61,494 nucleotides of DNA from a virus. Lineage: Duplodnaviria > Caudoviricetes. The position numbers and the translations under genes were made by a program. The notes beneath the pieces are model-generated. The model saw only the letters and a list, made by a program, of their open reading frames with translations, ran no database searches and was not told the origin of the DNA. Below are positions 1 to 7,880 of this stretch, piece after piece. Positions within the stretch are counted from its first letter, which is position 1, and each line of letters starts with the position of its first letter. The stretch is from positions 1 through 61,494 of IMG/VR virus record IMGVR_UViG_3300037470_000143. One strand, 5' to 3'.

Positions 1-520
1 CACGCCCCACCAGATCAACCCCGATGCACCGCACCCCCACGCCCCACCAGATCAACCCCGGGCCACCACCAGCACCACGCCCCCACCACCAGCACCGCAC
101 CCCGGGCCACCACCAGCACCGCACCCCGGGCCACCAGATCAGGCCCAACGGATTCGCCCCTGCCCCCTGCCCCCGGCCGCAAGCGCCACCCCATGAGCGG
201 GGCCACCCCATGAGCGGGGCCACCCACACCACCCCACACCATGAGCCCCACCGACTCCCGGGGCCTGCGTCGGCCCACCGATCCGGGCCCACGGATTCAG
301 ATCAGCACCACACCCCCGGCCCCGAGCGGCCCGGCCCCGAGCGATGCGGCCCCCACGCCCCACGGCCACCCCGGCCCAGATCAGCCCCCGCAGCACCGCA
401 CCCCCGGCCCAGATCAACACCACGGGCCGGGCCGCCGCACCCGCCGCGCATCGGCACCGCACGGCCACCCCTTGACCGGGACAACCCACGGCCGCCACCC
501 CCACGGCACCCCCTGATCGG
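1..520. repeat. C-rich terminal repeat region
   Basis: 23-bp direct repeat at 1-23/38-60; 24-bp tandem at 83-106/107-130; 17-bp tandem GCCACCCCATGAGCGGG at 185-201/202-218; recurrent CAGATCA. Confidence 0.85.
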
Positions 521-823
521 GGCCACGGGGGCACATATGGGGAAGATTCAGGGGGTTGACCTATATCTAGGGGGTTTGGGGGCCAGACCCACTGTCAACC
601 CCTCTTAACCTGTTGAAAACAAAGGATGAATTCACACAGGCGCGACTCGGGTGTCTCATGGGTTGGGCAACGCTAGGTTGCTAATGCCCCTGTAGGGGGC
701 CTTGTAGGCGTTCTGAGGGCCTATCGCACCCCCACGCCCCCGGGGCCACCCATGCCGGGCCACGATTCGCCCATGCCTGACTGAGTCGGGGGCCACCCGT
801 GGGCCTTGGATATGGGCCACCTT

Positions 824-856
824 GGGTTGACAATGTAGGCCGCTAGGTGGCACGCT
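824..856 (+). promoter_or_regulatory. Putative sigma70-type early promoter
   Basis: GGGTTGACA (TTGACA at 827-832) upstream of the first gene; -10 weak (CACGCT at 851-856). Confidence 0.5.
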
Positions 857-939
857 ACGCGTGGGTTTAGAAGCCCGGGGCCACCCGATTCGGCCCCTCA
901 TTGAACCGGCCCCCGGGGCCACAGAACAAGGAAACGACC

Positions 940-1929
940 ATGAGCTTTTTTGACACCCCCCGCACCCGCACCCTGCGCAAGTTCATTGACCATGAGGGCC
1001 CGAACGGAACCGGCCGCGTAACGGGCCTTTCCATAGAGGCAGACGGGGTTTTCATCTACACCGACTCGAGCCTCTGGTGTGACGACTCCGGGGCTGGCAC
1101 ATTCCGGGGCGATAGTGAAACCGCCGCCATTCGTCGTTTCTATGAGCGGGTGCGCGAGGCAGAGACAGAGGCCGCCGAGTCCGGCCCATGGGTGCCAGTC
1201 TGGTGCACTGGCGGAATGCTCTTAACCCTGCCTGAATTCGACGACTTCGGGGCCGCATATGAGGCATATTGTGAAAACCCGCACCAGCTGACACCCGACC
1301 AGCTGGCCGCCTCTGCCTTCCGGGGTGTCATGACGTGGGGGCAAGTCGAGTCGGGCGTGCGCACCCTGCCCCACGCTCTGCCCGCGCGACTGAATGGCGC
1401 TCAGGTTGTCCGGGCCGAGTCACATGGCAATGGCTATGCGACAATCACGGTTGAACTCGCAAACAACCCCGTGACGCCTTTCGTCGTGGCAACATGGTGG
1501 CCCGAACTCGGCACCAGCTGGCAATGGGGCCACTATTGCCGCAACGCGCGCGAGGCGGCCGAAACATTTGCCAGTGTGGCGGCCCGCAACACGGGCCGGG
1601 GCGAGATTCCCGACGTCGACGCATTCGTGAGGGGGGCCACAGTTACGGGCCCGCACCGCACGCCGCGCGACCTATCGGCGGCCGCCACCCCTGCGCACCT
1701 GTTGAATGACTATGACTCGGCCCCTGAGCCCCTGCCTCGCGCCTCTGGCACATTCCCTATGCGGGCCATGAGGGCCGCCTATCAAGCGGCCACTGAGCGG
1801 TGCGCAGACGCTATCGCCGAGTCAATGGAACTGTTTTCCGATCCGGCAGACCCGTTCGAGTCGGTGCGCGATTTCGTCGACTATCCAGGGGCCTGCGAAT
1901 TCGCACCCCTGTTGAGGGCTTACAAATGA
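940..1929 (+). CDS. Hypothetical early protein
   Basis: Long ORF; AAGGAAACGACC RBS immediately before ATG 940. Confidence 0.85.
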   Translation: MSFFDTPRTRTLRKFIDHEGPNGTGRVTGLSIEADGVFIYTDSSLWCDDSGAGTFRGDSETAAIRRFYERVREAETEAAESGPWVPVWCTGGMLLTLPEFDDFGAAYEAYCENPHQLTPDQLAASAFRGVMTWGQVESGVRTLPHALPARLNGAQVVRAESHGNGYATITVELANNPVTPFVVATWWPELGTSWQWGHYCRNAREAAETFASVAARNTGRGEIPDVDAFVRGATVTGPHRTPRDLSAAATPAHLLNDYDSAPEPLPRASGTFPMRAMRAAYQAATERCADAIAESMELFSDPADPFESVRDFVDYPGACEFAPLLRAYK

Positions 1930-2054
1930 GCGCCAACCTCGCAACCCAATATGCAGAGGCGGCCGACACTCTGGCCCGTCTGCCCGCGTATGCACTAGGC
2001 GCGGCGGCCGTGGTGGCCGTCGTTTACCTCATTCTGACTTTGAAAGGCTTTTGA
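1926..2054 (+). CDS. Small membrane peptide
   Basis: ATGA overlap with the upstream stop; hydrophobic C-terminus AAAVVAVVYLILTL. Confidence 0.6.
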   Translation: MSANLATQYAEAADTLARLPAYALGAAAVVAVVYLILTLKGF

Positions 2055-2055
2055 T

Positions 2056-2355
2056 ATGGCAACCGAAACAATCACTCTGGAAATGAACTGGCGCGCGGCC
2101 GCTAACATTATCGCGGCGGTTCTGGAAAACGGGACGCCAGAGGGGCAAGCCTCTGCGCGCGAGGAACTGGCCCGCATGGCCGACGCGGCCGACAGGGCCC
2201 GCGAACTGGCCCAGACAGTGGCCGACATTCGCGAGGAACTGAAACCCGTGGCCGAAATGAACGCGGCCGATTCTGACTATGTGTCGCGCACCGATGCACT
2301 GGAGTCGATCATGGCCGCGTTCAACCTTGCCACAGGCCGCGCAGGGGGCGAGTAG
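2056..2355 (+). CDS. Hypothetical protein
   Basis: ORF abutting the upstream gene; GAAAGG RBS-like sequence. Confidence 0.75.
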   Translation: MATETITLEMNWRAAANIIAAVLENGTPEGQASAREELARMADAADRARELAQTVADIREELKPVAEMNAADSDYVSRTDALESIMAAFNLATGRAGGE

Positions 2356-2452
2356 CGGCATTCAGAGGGGCCCAACACCCGGGCCCCTTCACCATGCCAC
2401 TACAGCATGACCACAGGCCCACAGAGGGCCAGAACCAAAGAAGGAAACGACC

Positions 2453-3973
2453 ATGACCAGAACAGTATTTGATAACGCCATGACAGCGCACGTATGGGCC
2501 AGCCAAAGCCAGCACGCGGGCCAGTCTCACAATGGCAATCTGTGGTTTGAAGGCCGCGCGATTTATTCCTACGGCACCCACTATTGCGCGGGATATGTGG
2601 CCCCCGGGGGCGTGTTTCTGTGGAATGCAGACTCGTCAACGATGACGACCACCAGCAAACATTTGCCTGCGGTGCGCCGCGCGATTCCGGGGCAGGGTTA
2701 CGGGGTGCCGGGGCTGACTGAAACCGCGCGCACCCTTGAGCACTGGGCAGGCCGGACTCGCGGACTCGCAATCATTGCAAAGCACTTGGAGTCGCATGTG
2801 GGGGCCTACTGGCCCGGGGCAGAGGCGGCCGCCGCAATTTACCGGGGCGTGGGGGCCAGTGACGCAGAGGCAGAACGCAGGGCCCGCGCAGGCGCGCAGA
2901 GGGTGGCCCGGGCCATTGCCAAAACAGAGGCAGACAAGGCCCGCGACGAACTAAACCAATACGCGGGACTCGCCCGGGGCCATTTCGCGCGCACCGACCC
3001 GGCCGATACAGCACGCATGGCCCGCGATCACTTGGCAAAGGCGGCCGACGCAAGCGCATATTGGGAAAAGGGTTATATCGAAAAGGCGCGCGAGGTGGCG
3101 CGCGAGGCGCACCGCGCGGCCAAGGCCGCCAAGGCAAAGGGGTGGACTCGTATTGCCGCGCAATGCCGCGCGCACCAGAGGGCCGCAAATGCCGAGCTGA
3201 AACGGTTCAACAAGTCGCGCAACCTGTATGCGGTGCGGGCCCGGTTGAGGGACGACATTTCGGCCATTCGTGGGGCCCCGGATCAGATCAGCCAATTCAT
3301 GAAACTGAATCCGCAGGCGAAAGAGGGGGCCACAGTCACCGACTACGCGCAAGCGGTGCGCGGGTGTGAAACAGGGGCCCGGGGGCTGTCTGAATTGTCG
3401 GCCGCGTGGCGTCGCGTCTCTGGTTCCGCCTATGCCTGCGCGGGCCTGTCTAGCGCCATGATTGCCCAGATGCGCGCGCAGGCAAGCTATGCCGCGCAGG
3501 CGTCCGAAAAGTTCCGCACCCGCGCAACCCAATTGCGCACTGAATGGCAGGCAGAGGCCCGCGCGGAATGGCTGGCAGGGGGGAAAGCAGCCCCCTATGA
3601 AATGGGCCAGCTGTGCGACGAACGCGGGGCCGCCTTGTTGCGCGCAGAGGGCGTGGAACGCGACGACTCCGGGGCAATTGTGGGTGGCACCCTGCGCACC
3701 AGTTGGGGGGCCACTGTGCCCCTGCCGCACGCAATCCGGGCCTTTCGGTTTCTGAAGTATTGCCGCGACACTGGCACCGAATGGCGCGCGAACGGCCGCA
3801 CCCTGCGCGTTGGGCATTTCAGGGTCGACCACGTCGACTCCGCAGGCAATTTCGTGGCGGGGTGCCATAAGATCAGCTGGGCCGAATGCGCGCGGCTGGC
3901 AGGGGCCTTGGGGCTGGCCGAACTTGCCGGGGCCGATACCACGGAGTCCACTGAATCGCGCGGGGTGGCGTGA
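2453..3973 (+). CDS. Large Ala/Arg-rich hypothetical early protein (506 aa)
   Basis: AAGGAAACGACC RBS; long uninterrupted ORF; no recognised function. Confidence 0.85.
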   Translation: MTRTVFDNAMTAHVWASQSQHAGQSHNGNLWFEGRAIYSYGTHYCAGYVAPGGVFLWNADSSTMTTTSKHLPAVRRAIPGQGYGVPGLTETARTLEHWAGRTRGLAIIAKHLESHVGAYWPGAEAAAAIYRGVGASDAEAERRARAGAQRVARAIAKTEADKARDELNQYAGLARGHFARTDPADTARMARDHLAKAADASAYWEKGYIEKAREVAREAHRAAKAAKAKGWTRIAAQCRAHQRAANAELKRFNKSRNLYAVRARLRDDISAIRGAPDQISQFMKLNPQAKEGATVTDYAQAVRGCETGARGLSELSAAWRRVSGSAYACAGLSSAMIAQMRAQASYAAQASEKFRTRATQLRTEWQAEARAEWLAGGKAAPYEMGQLCDERGAALLRAEGVERDDSGAIVGGTLRTSWGATVPLPHAIRAFRFLKYCRDTGTEWRANGRTLRVGHFRVDHVDSAGNFVAGCHKISWAECARLAGALGLAELAGADTTESTESRGVA

Positions 3974-4164
3974 TATGGTCGGGTGGCACCGCATAACAAA
4001 AGCCGAATGGCGCGCGGCCGGGGGCCTGCGCAATTCTGACCTGTGCCGCGTTCAACGGGGCCCGCGTTGGGTCTACTATAAACGCGCCTAGCGCCATTGC
4101 GCGAGGGGCCCCGCGTGGGCCCCTCTACCATGTCGCGAGGACATGACCACGAAAGGAAACGACC

Positions 4165-5091
4165 ATGAAAATTCAACCTGACTCCGAACTGGCCCGGGCC
4201 TATCGCGCAACGCGACGCTACCACAGTGAATCCGGGGCCCCGGGCCCGCACCGCAGGCCCGCGCATCTTGCCTTGAAAGAGGCCCGACTCCGCTTGGCAC
4301 GGGTGGCCGAATTGGTGGCCGCATATGAGGCGGCCGAGACCCGCCGCGAGTCGGCCGACGCGGCGGCCGCCATGGCCCCGGGGGCCATGAGCTGGGCCGA
4401 GCACTTGCAAAGCTTGACCACGGCCGCGCACAAGGCCCGCACGGCCAAGGTTGACGCCATGGCCCGCGCGGGCCAGTTTCACCACGGGCCCGAAGGGTGG
4501 CGCATCTGGCCCCCCGCACCGTGCGACGACGACGGGACGGCATTTTATCTAACACGCACTGATGGATATGGCGCGGTACGCGATGTGGTCGACGCGGACT
4601 CAATCATGCCGCGCGCAGGCCGGTACTATGACAACCCGCATGGCGAGTCTTGGCGCGATGGGTCCGGGCTCATGTGGGGAGTCGTCGCACGCCTTTCGCA
4701 CGGCCGGGCCTTGGCGGGGTGGCAGCATGGCGGCACCGATGGGGGCCCAACTCTCTCTGCCAAGATATTCTCTGGCCCTGATGCGGCAGAGGATGCGGCC
4801 TATTATGCAGACGGCATGGCCGAACGCGCGGCCGAACGTGAACGGGAGTACCAAGAAGCATGGCGGGCAGGCGATGACTGGGCAGAGGCCGGGAATCGTT
4901 TGTTAGAATTGCGCACAGAGATTCGCGCGTGGATAGCGGAAATGCGGCCCGCGCAGGGGCTGGCCCGCACCGCACTGTGCGAGGGGCTGAAGGCCCGACT
5001 AGAAGAAAGGCGCGAACTGATGGAAAAGCGCGAGGAACTGGCCCACGAATTCGACCATTGCGAGGGCTGGCCCGACGGGGTGGCGGGTTGA
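4165..5091 (+). CDS. Hypothetical early protein (308 aa)
   Basis: AAGGAAACGACC RBS; helical/coiled-coil-like C-terminus. Confidence 0.85.
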   Translation: MKIQPDSELARAYRATRRYHSESGAPGPHRRPAHLALKEARLRLARVAELVAAYEAAETRRESADAAAAMAPGAMSWAEHLQSLTTAAHKARTAKVDAMARAGQFHHGPEGWRIWPPAPCDDDGTAFYLTRTDGYGAVRDVVDADSIMPRAGRYYDNPHGESWRDGSGLMWGVVARLSHGRALAGWQHGGTDGGPTLSAKIFSGPDAAEDAAYYADGMAERAAEREREYQEAWRAGDDWAEAGNRLLELRTEIRAWIAEMRPAQGLARTALCEGLKARLEERRELMEKREELAHEFDHCEGWPDGVAG

Positions 5092-5219
5092 CTCCGGCCG
5101 CGCTATTGGGGCGCATCCTGCTAATTATCCTCTGGTGCGGTGCGATAGTCGGGGCGTTGGTCGACTCGTGGTATTGGGTGGCATTGGCGGCCATGCTGAC
5201 ACCCGCGCTAATGCCCTAG
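5088..5219 (+). CDS. Small membrane peptide
   Basis: TTG start overlapping the upstream TGA; two hydrophobic stretches (ILLIILWCGAIVGALV, WYWVALAAML). Confidence 0.5.
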   Translation: MTPAALLGRILLIILWCGAIVGALVDSWYWVALAAMLTPALMP

Positions 5220-5257
5220 CACCCGCCACCCTGCCCCCGGGCCCCTAGCGGCCCCTG

Positions 5258-5290
5258 AAGGCCCCTAGCTGTGCAGCTAGGGGCCTTTCC
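5258..5290 (+). terminator. Hairpin/terminator closing the first early cluster
   Basis: Perfect 13-bp stem AAGGCCCCTAGCT-gtgc-AGCTAGGGGCCTT with a short T tract. Confidence 0.65.
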
Positions 5291-5292
5291 TA

Positions 5293-5409
5293 TGCCCGGC
5301 CGCCTCTGCCCCTGCCCGGCCGCCTCTGCCCCTGCCCGGCCGCCTCTGCCCCTGCCCGGCCGCCTCGGCCCCTGCCCGGCCGCCTCGGCCCCTGCCCGGC
5401 CGCCTCGGC
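5293..5409. repeat. 20-bp tandem repeat, about 5.9 copies
   Basis: TGCCCGGCCGCCTC(T/G)GCCCC; three T-variant then three G-variant units, the last truncated. Confidence 0.95.
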
Positions 5410-5811
5410 AATCCCGACTCTTTCAATCCGGTTTCTCGAAAGTAGGTCAGCCCCCCTGACCCTTATTAGGTCAGCATAAGTTACCTATTTTTTCCGGTCC
5501 GATTGGTCTGGACGAACGCCCCCCAAGACGTATTGTTCTCAGTATGCAACCCCGTGGCCCCCCTAGACAAAACTTCGCTCGTCGCTACTTTGGCGACTCA
5601 GCCCGACGCAAAATTCGGCGCTACTTTGACGACCTAGCCCGTTACAAAAATCCGCCCATTGCCGGGCACGAACCGAGGGGACAAATTGTTCGATGACACG
5701 AAATGTGCTATGTGCCCGAAAGCCGCTCGGAACACTTCGCCCGCTACGCGCGTTTCACTTAGGACAACCCGGGAGGCGGATTGTTTCTTTAGCCGATCTC
5801 CCGGGGGAGAA

Positions 5812-6264
5812 ATGGCAACACCGATGAACAACTTCCTGATACAATCAGCGGCTCTAGGAGTGATCGCCTTAGTGGCCATGTACCCGTCACCGGAACGGCT
5901 GCGGGACGCTATCAAATTCGACAATCGGCAGACCAGCTTGGTCGCGTCGGATGAGAAATCCCTCATCGTGGACACCCCAGCCCACGACGAACCCACGCTC
6001 GTTGACGCCCCCTTCCCCTTGGCATGTGCTACTCAGGACATCCAGTCCTCAGACCTGTCGGGGTGCGCCTCGCAGCTCGCCGCCTTCATCTACGGTGGTC
6101 CCTCATTCCAGACCAGCGTGGTATCCCACGGCCCGGACTACGAGGTCGCAAACCCCGAGGTCGAGCAGGCCAGACGGGCTCTGATCGAGATTTGCAGGGT
6201 CCAGTGGTCTAACCAAAAGGTGATCGACCCGGCTGCGGACGAGGTCTGCAACAGCCTGTTCTAA
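5812..6264 (+). CDS. Hypothetical exported or membrane-anchored protein
   Basis: GGGGGAGA RBS before ATG 5812; N-terminal hydrophobic segment; four Cys. Confidence 0.65.
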   Translation: MATPMNNFLIQSAALGVIALVAMYPSPERLRDAIKFDNRQTSLVASDEKSLIVDTPAHDEPTLVDAPFPLACATQDIQSSDLSGCASQLAAFIYGGPSFQTSVVSHGPDYEVANPEVEQARRALIEICRVQWSNQKVIDPAADEVCNSLF

Positions 6265-6370
6265 GGATGTTGCGACCCCGGGAGAGATGCAGTAACGTCC
6301 GCCCTGTCAGGAGAGACGCGATGATACTCGTCGCGGAGACCCGGGTTCGATTGGTCAGGCAGCAGTAGCC

Positions 6371-6440
6371 AAACGAATCCGGGTCCTTCTTTGAAACGAA
6401 TCCCAAAAAACGAATCTGAAGCGACGGTTTCAAACGAATC
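6371..6440. repeat. Four AAACGAATC direct repeats
   Basis: Copies at 6371, 6394, 6408 and 6432, each containing GAATC. Confidence 0.9.
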
Positions 6441-6483
6441 CGAGCGACAGGTTGCGAGCGATTTCCCCTGTCAGGCCGCAAGC

Positions 6484-6515
6484 GGGTTGAAAGGGGACCC
6501 GTGGTAGCCTATGTT
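6484..6515 (+). promoter_or_regulatory. Putative sigma70-type promoter
   Basis: TTGAAA (6487-6492), 17 bp, TATGTT (6510-6515); same GGGTTGA...GTAGCCTA frame as 12167-12198. Confidence 0.65.
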
Positions 6516-6561
6516 TGGGGCCGAGGCTGATTCCGCCTCACCCTGACAAGAGGAAACGACC

Positions 6562-6774
6562 ATGGGAACCAACTGGCATCGGATCGGAGTGATTGGCACC
6601 AAAGGGAAGGGCCGCCTCTACGTCTCCGGAACCGAAGACGAGATCGAGCTCACCGGCCGTGTGGACGCCCTGCACTGGAACAAGCGCGAGGCGACGATAC
6701 TGACCAAAGCATTCAACGAAGAGTTCGAACGGCTGGGGCGCGAAGAGCGTTTTCAGGCCGAGAAAGCTCACTAG
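6562..6774 (+). CDS. Hypothetical protein
   Basis: GAGGAAACGACC RBS. Confidence 0.75.
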   Translation: MGTNWHRIGVIGTKGKGRLYVSGTEDEIELTGRVDALHWNKREATILTKAFNEEFERLGREERFQAEKAH

Positions 6775-6780
6775 GGAGAA

Positions 6781-7143
6781 ATGACCATGGCCAATTTCGC
6801 AGACAAGGCGAGCGCCGCCCGCCGTGCTCGTGAGAAGCGCGAACAAGCCGTGCTCGAAGAGAAGGCGTTGGCCGACGGCCAACTCTGGACCGTAATGATC
6901 GCCTACAAGTACGACCGTGCTTTCGCGGTGGTCTGGTCCGGTCGAATCGACGAGGGCACCGTTGAAGCGTTCGAGAGCCAGCACACTGACGCCTTTATGG
7001 TGCTTGAACCGAAGGTGATCCTCGGCACCAAGCTGCATGTTCGCCAGCAGGTTTGCCAGCTGGCAAATTCCGACGAGATCACGATCAGGGTGATCGGAGC
7101 CCCTAAACACGAGCCGATATCGCCCGGCATCCTGCAACTCTGA
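6781..7143 (+). CDS. Hypothetical protein
   Basis: GGGAGA RBS; operon context. Confidence 0.75.
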   Translation: MTMANFADKASAARRAREKREQAVLEEKALADGQLWTVMIAYKYDRAFAVVWSGRIDEGTVEAFESQHTDAFMVLEPKVILGTKLHVRQQVCQLANSDEITIRVIGAPKHEPISPGILQL

Positions 7144-7197
7144 ACGAATCCATCCCGGGGGTTCGCCCCCGGCCCCAACCACAGAACAGGAGCGACC

Positions 7198-7749
7198 ATG
7201 CCCCGTGTCGTCAAGAGAAAAGCTCGCAAAGACTACCCCGCTCAGGGGATCAAGAAGGGCGACGAATACTACTACACCAAGCTGAAGCTGCAACGCGGCG
7301 GCATGGTTAAACGGTCTCTGACCCCCTTCAAGCAGAGCCAGCTGACGAACAGCCCGTTCAAGTCTGGCTTCCTCGCCGCCGGGGAGGTCTGGGAGGCAAG
7401 CGGCAAGGACGCGGAAGCGATCCGGTCCGCTGCCGAGGCCATCGGCGAGCTGGGCGACGAGGCCCGGTCGAACTTCGAGAACATGCCCGAGGGACTTCAG
7501 CAGGGCGACACGGGCCAGCAGATCGAAAACCGGGCTTCCGAATGCGAGCGCATCAAGGACGAGCTGGAAAGCCTCGCCGATGAGATGGACGCCCTTGAAG
7601 AGCCCATCGAACCTCTGGGAGACCTCGAAAATGAAGAGGAAAACGACGAGGCTTCGGTGGAATACGAGGAAACCCAGCAGGAGTATGAAGACGAGATCGA
7701 ACGCATTAAGGATGAGGTCGACTCTCTTCTGGGGGATATGCCGGAATGA
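7198..7749 (+). CDS. Hypothetical protein with basic N-terminus and very acidic C-terminus
   Basis: CAGGAG RBS; K/R-rich start and E/D-rich last ~70 aa. Confidence 0.85.
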   Translation: MPRVVKRKARKDYPAQGIKKGDEYYYTKLKLQRGGMVKRSLTPFKQSQLTNSPFKSGFLAAGEVWEASGKDAEAIRSAAEAIGELGDEARSNFENMPEGLQQGDTGQQIENRASECERIKDELESLADEMDALEEPIEPLGDLENEEENDEASVEYEETQQEYEDEIERIKDEVDSLLGDMPE

Positions 7750-7880
7750 CCCCCGTCATCACCTTCTCTGAACTCATTGGCGTGATCGCGTGGGCGACCA
7801 TCGCCTTGTGGATTCTCGTAGGACTCGCGGTCCAGTATATTCGGGCGAAACGTCGCCACAAAGGGGAGAACCAGAAATGA
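7746..7880 (+). CDS. Small single-TM membrane protein (not in the ORF track)
   Basis: Translated by hand: MTPVITFSELIGVIAWATIALWILVGLAVQYIRAKRRHKGENQK; overlaps both neighbours by 4 nt. Confidence 0.65.
   Translation: MTPVITFSELIGVIAWATIALWILVGLAVQYIRAKRRHKGENQK

Noticed and set aside
15-608. Pro/His- or Gly-rich ORFs across the left repeats
   Set aside because: They are by-products of GC-rich repeats and have no RBS or protein-like composition
5293-5409. Possible CRISPR or mini-array
   Set aside because: The units are contiguous with no unique spacers. DUF2800 is a normal phage replication nuclease, not evidence of a cas locus
6300-6370. tRNA-like GGTTCGATT
   Set aside because: No T-stem pairing or acceptor stem could be built. 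The similar TTCGATTCCC at 12058 belongs to a terminator hairpin
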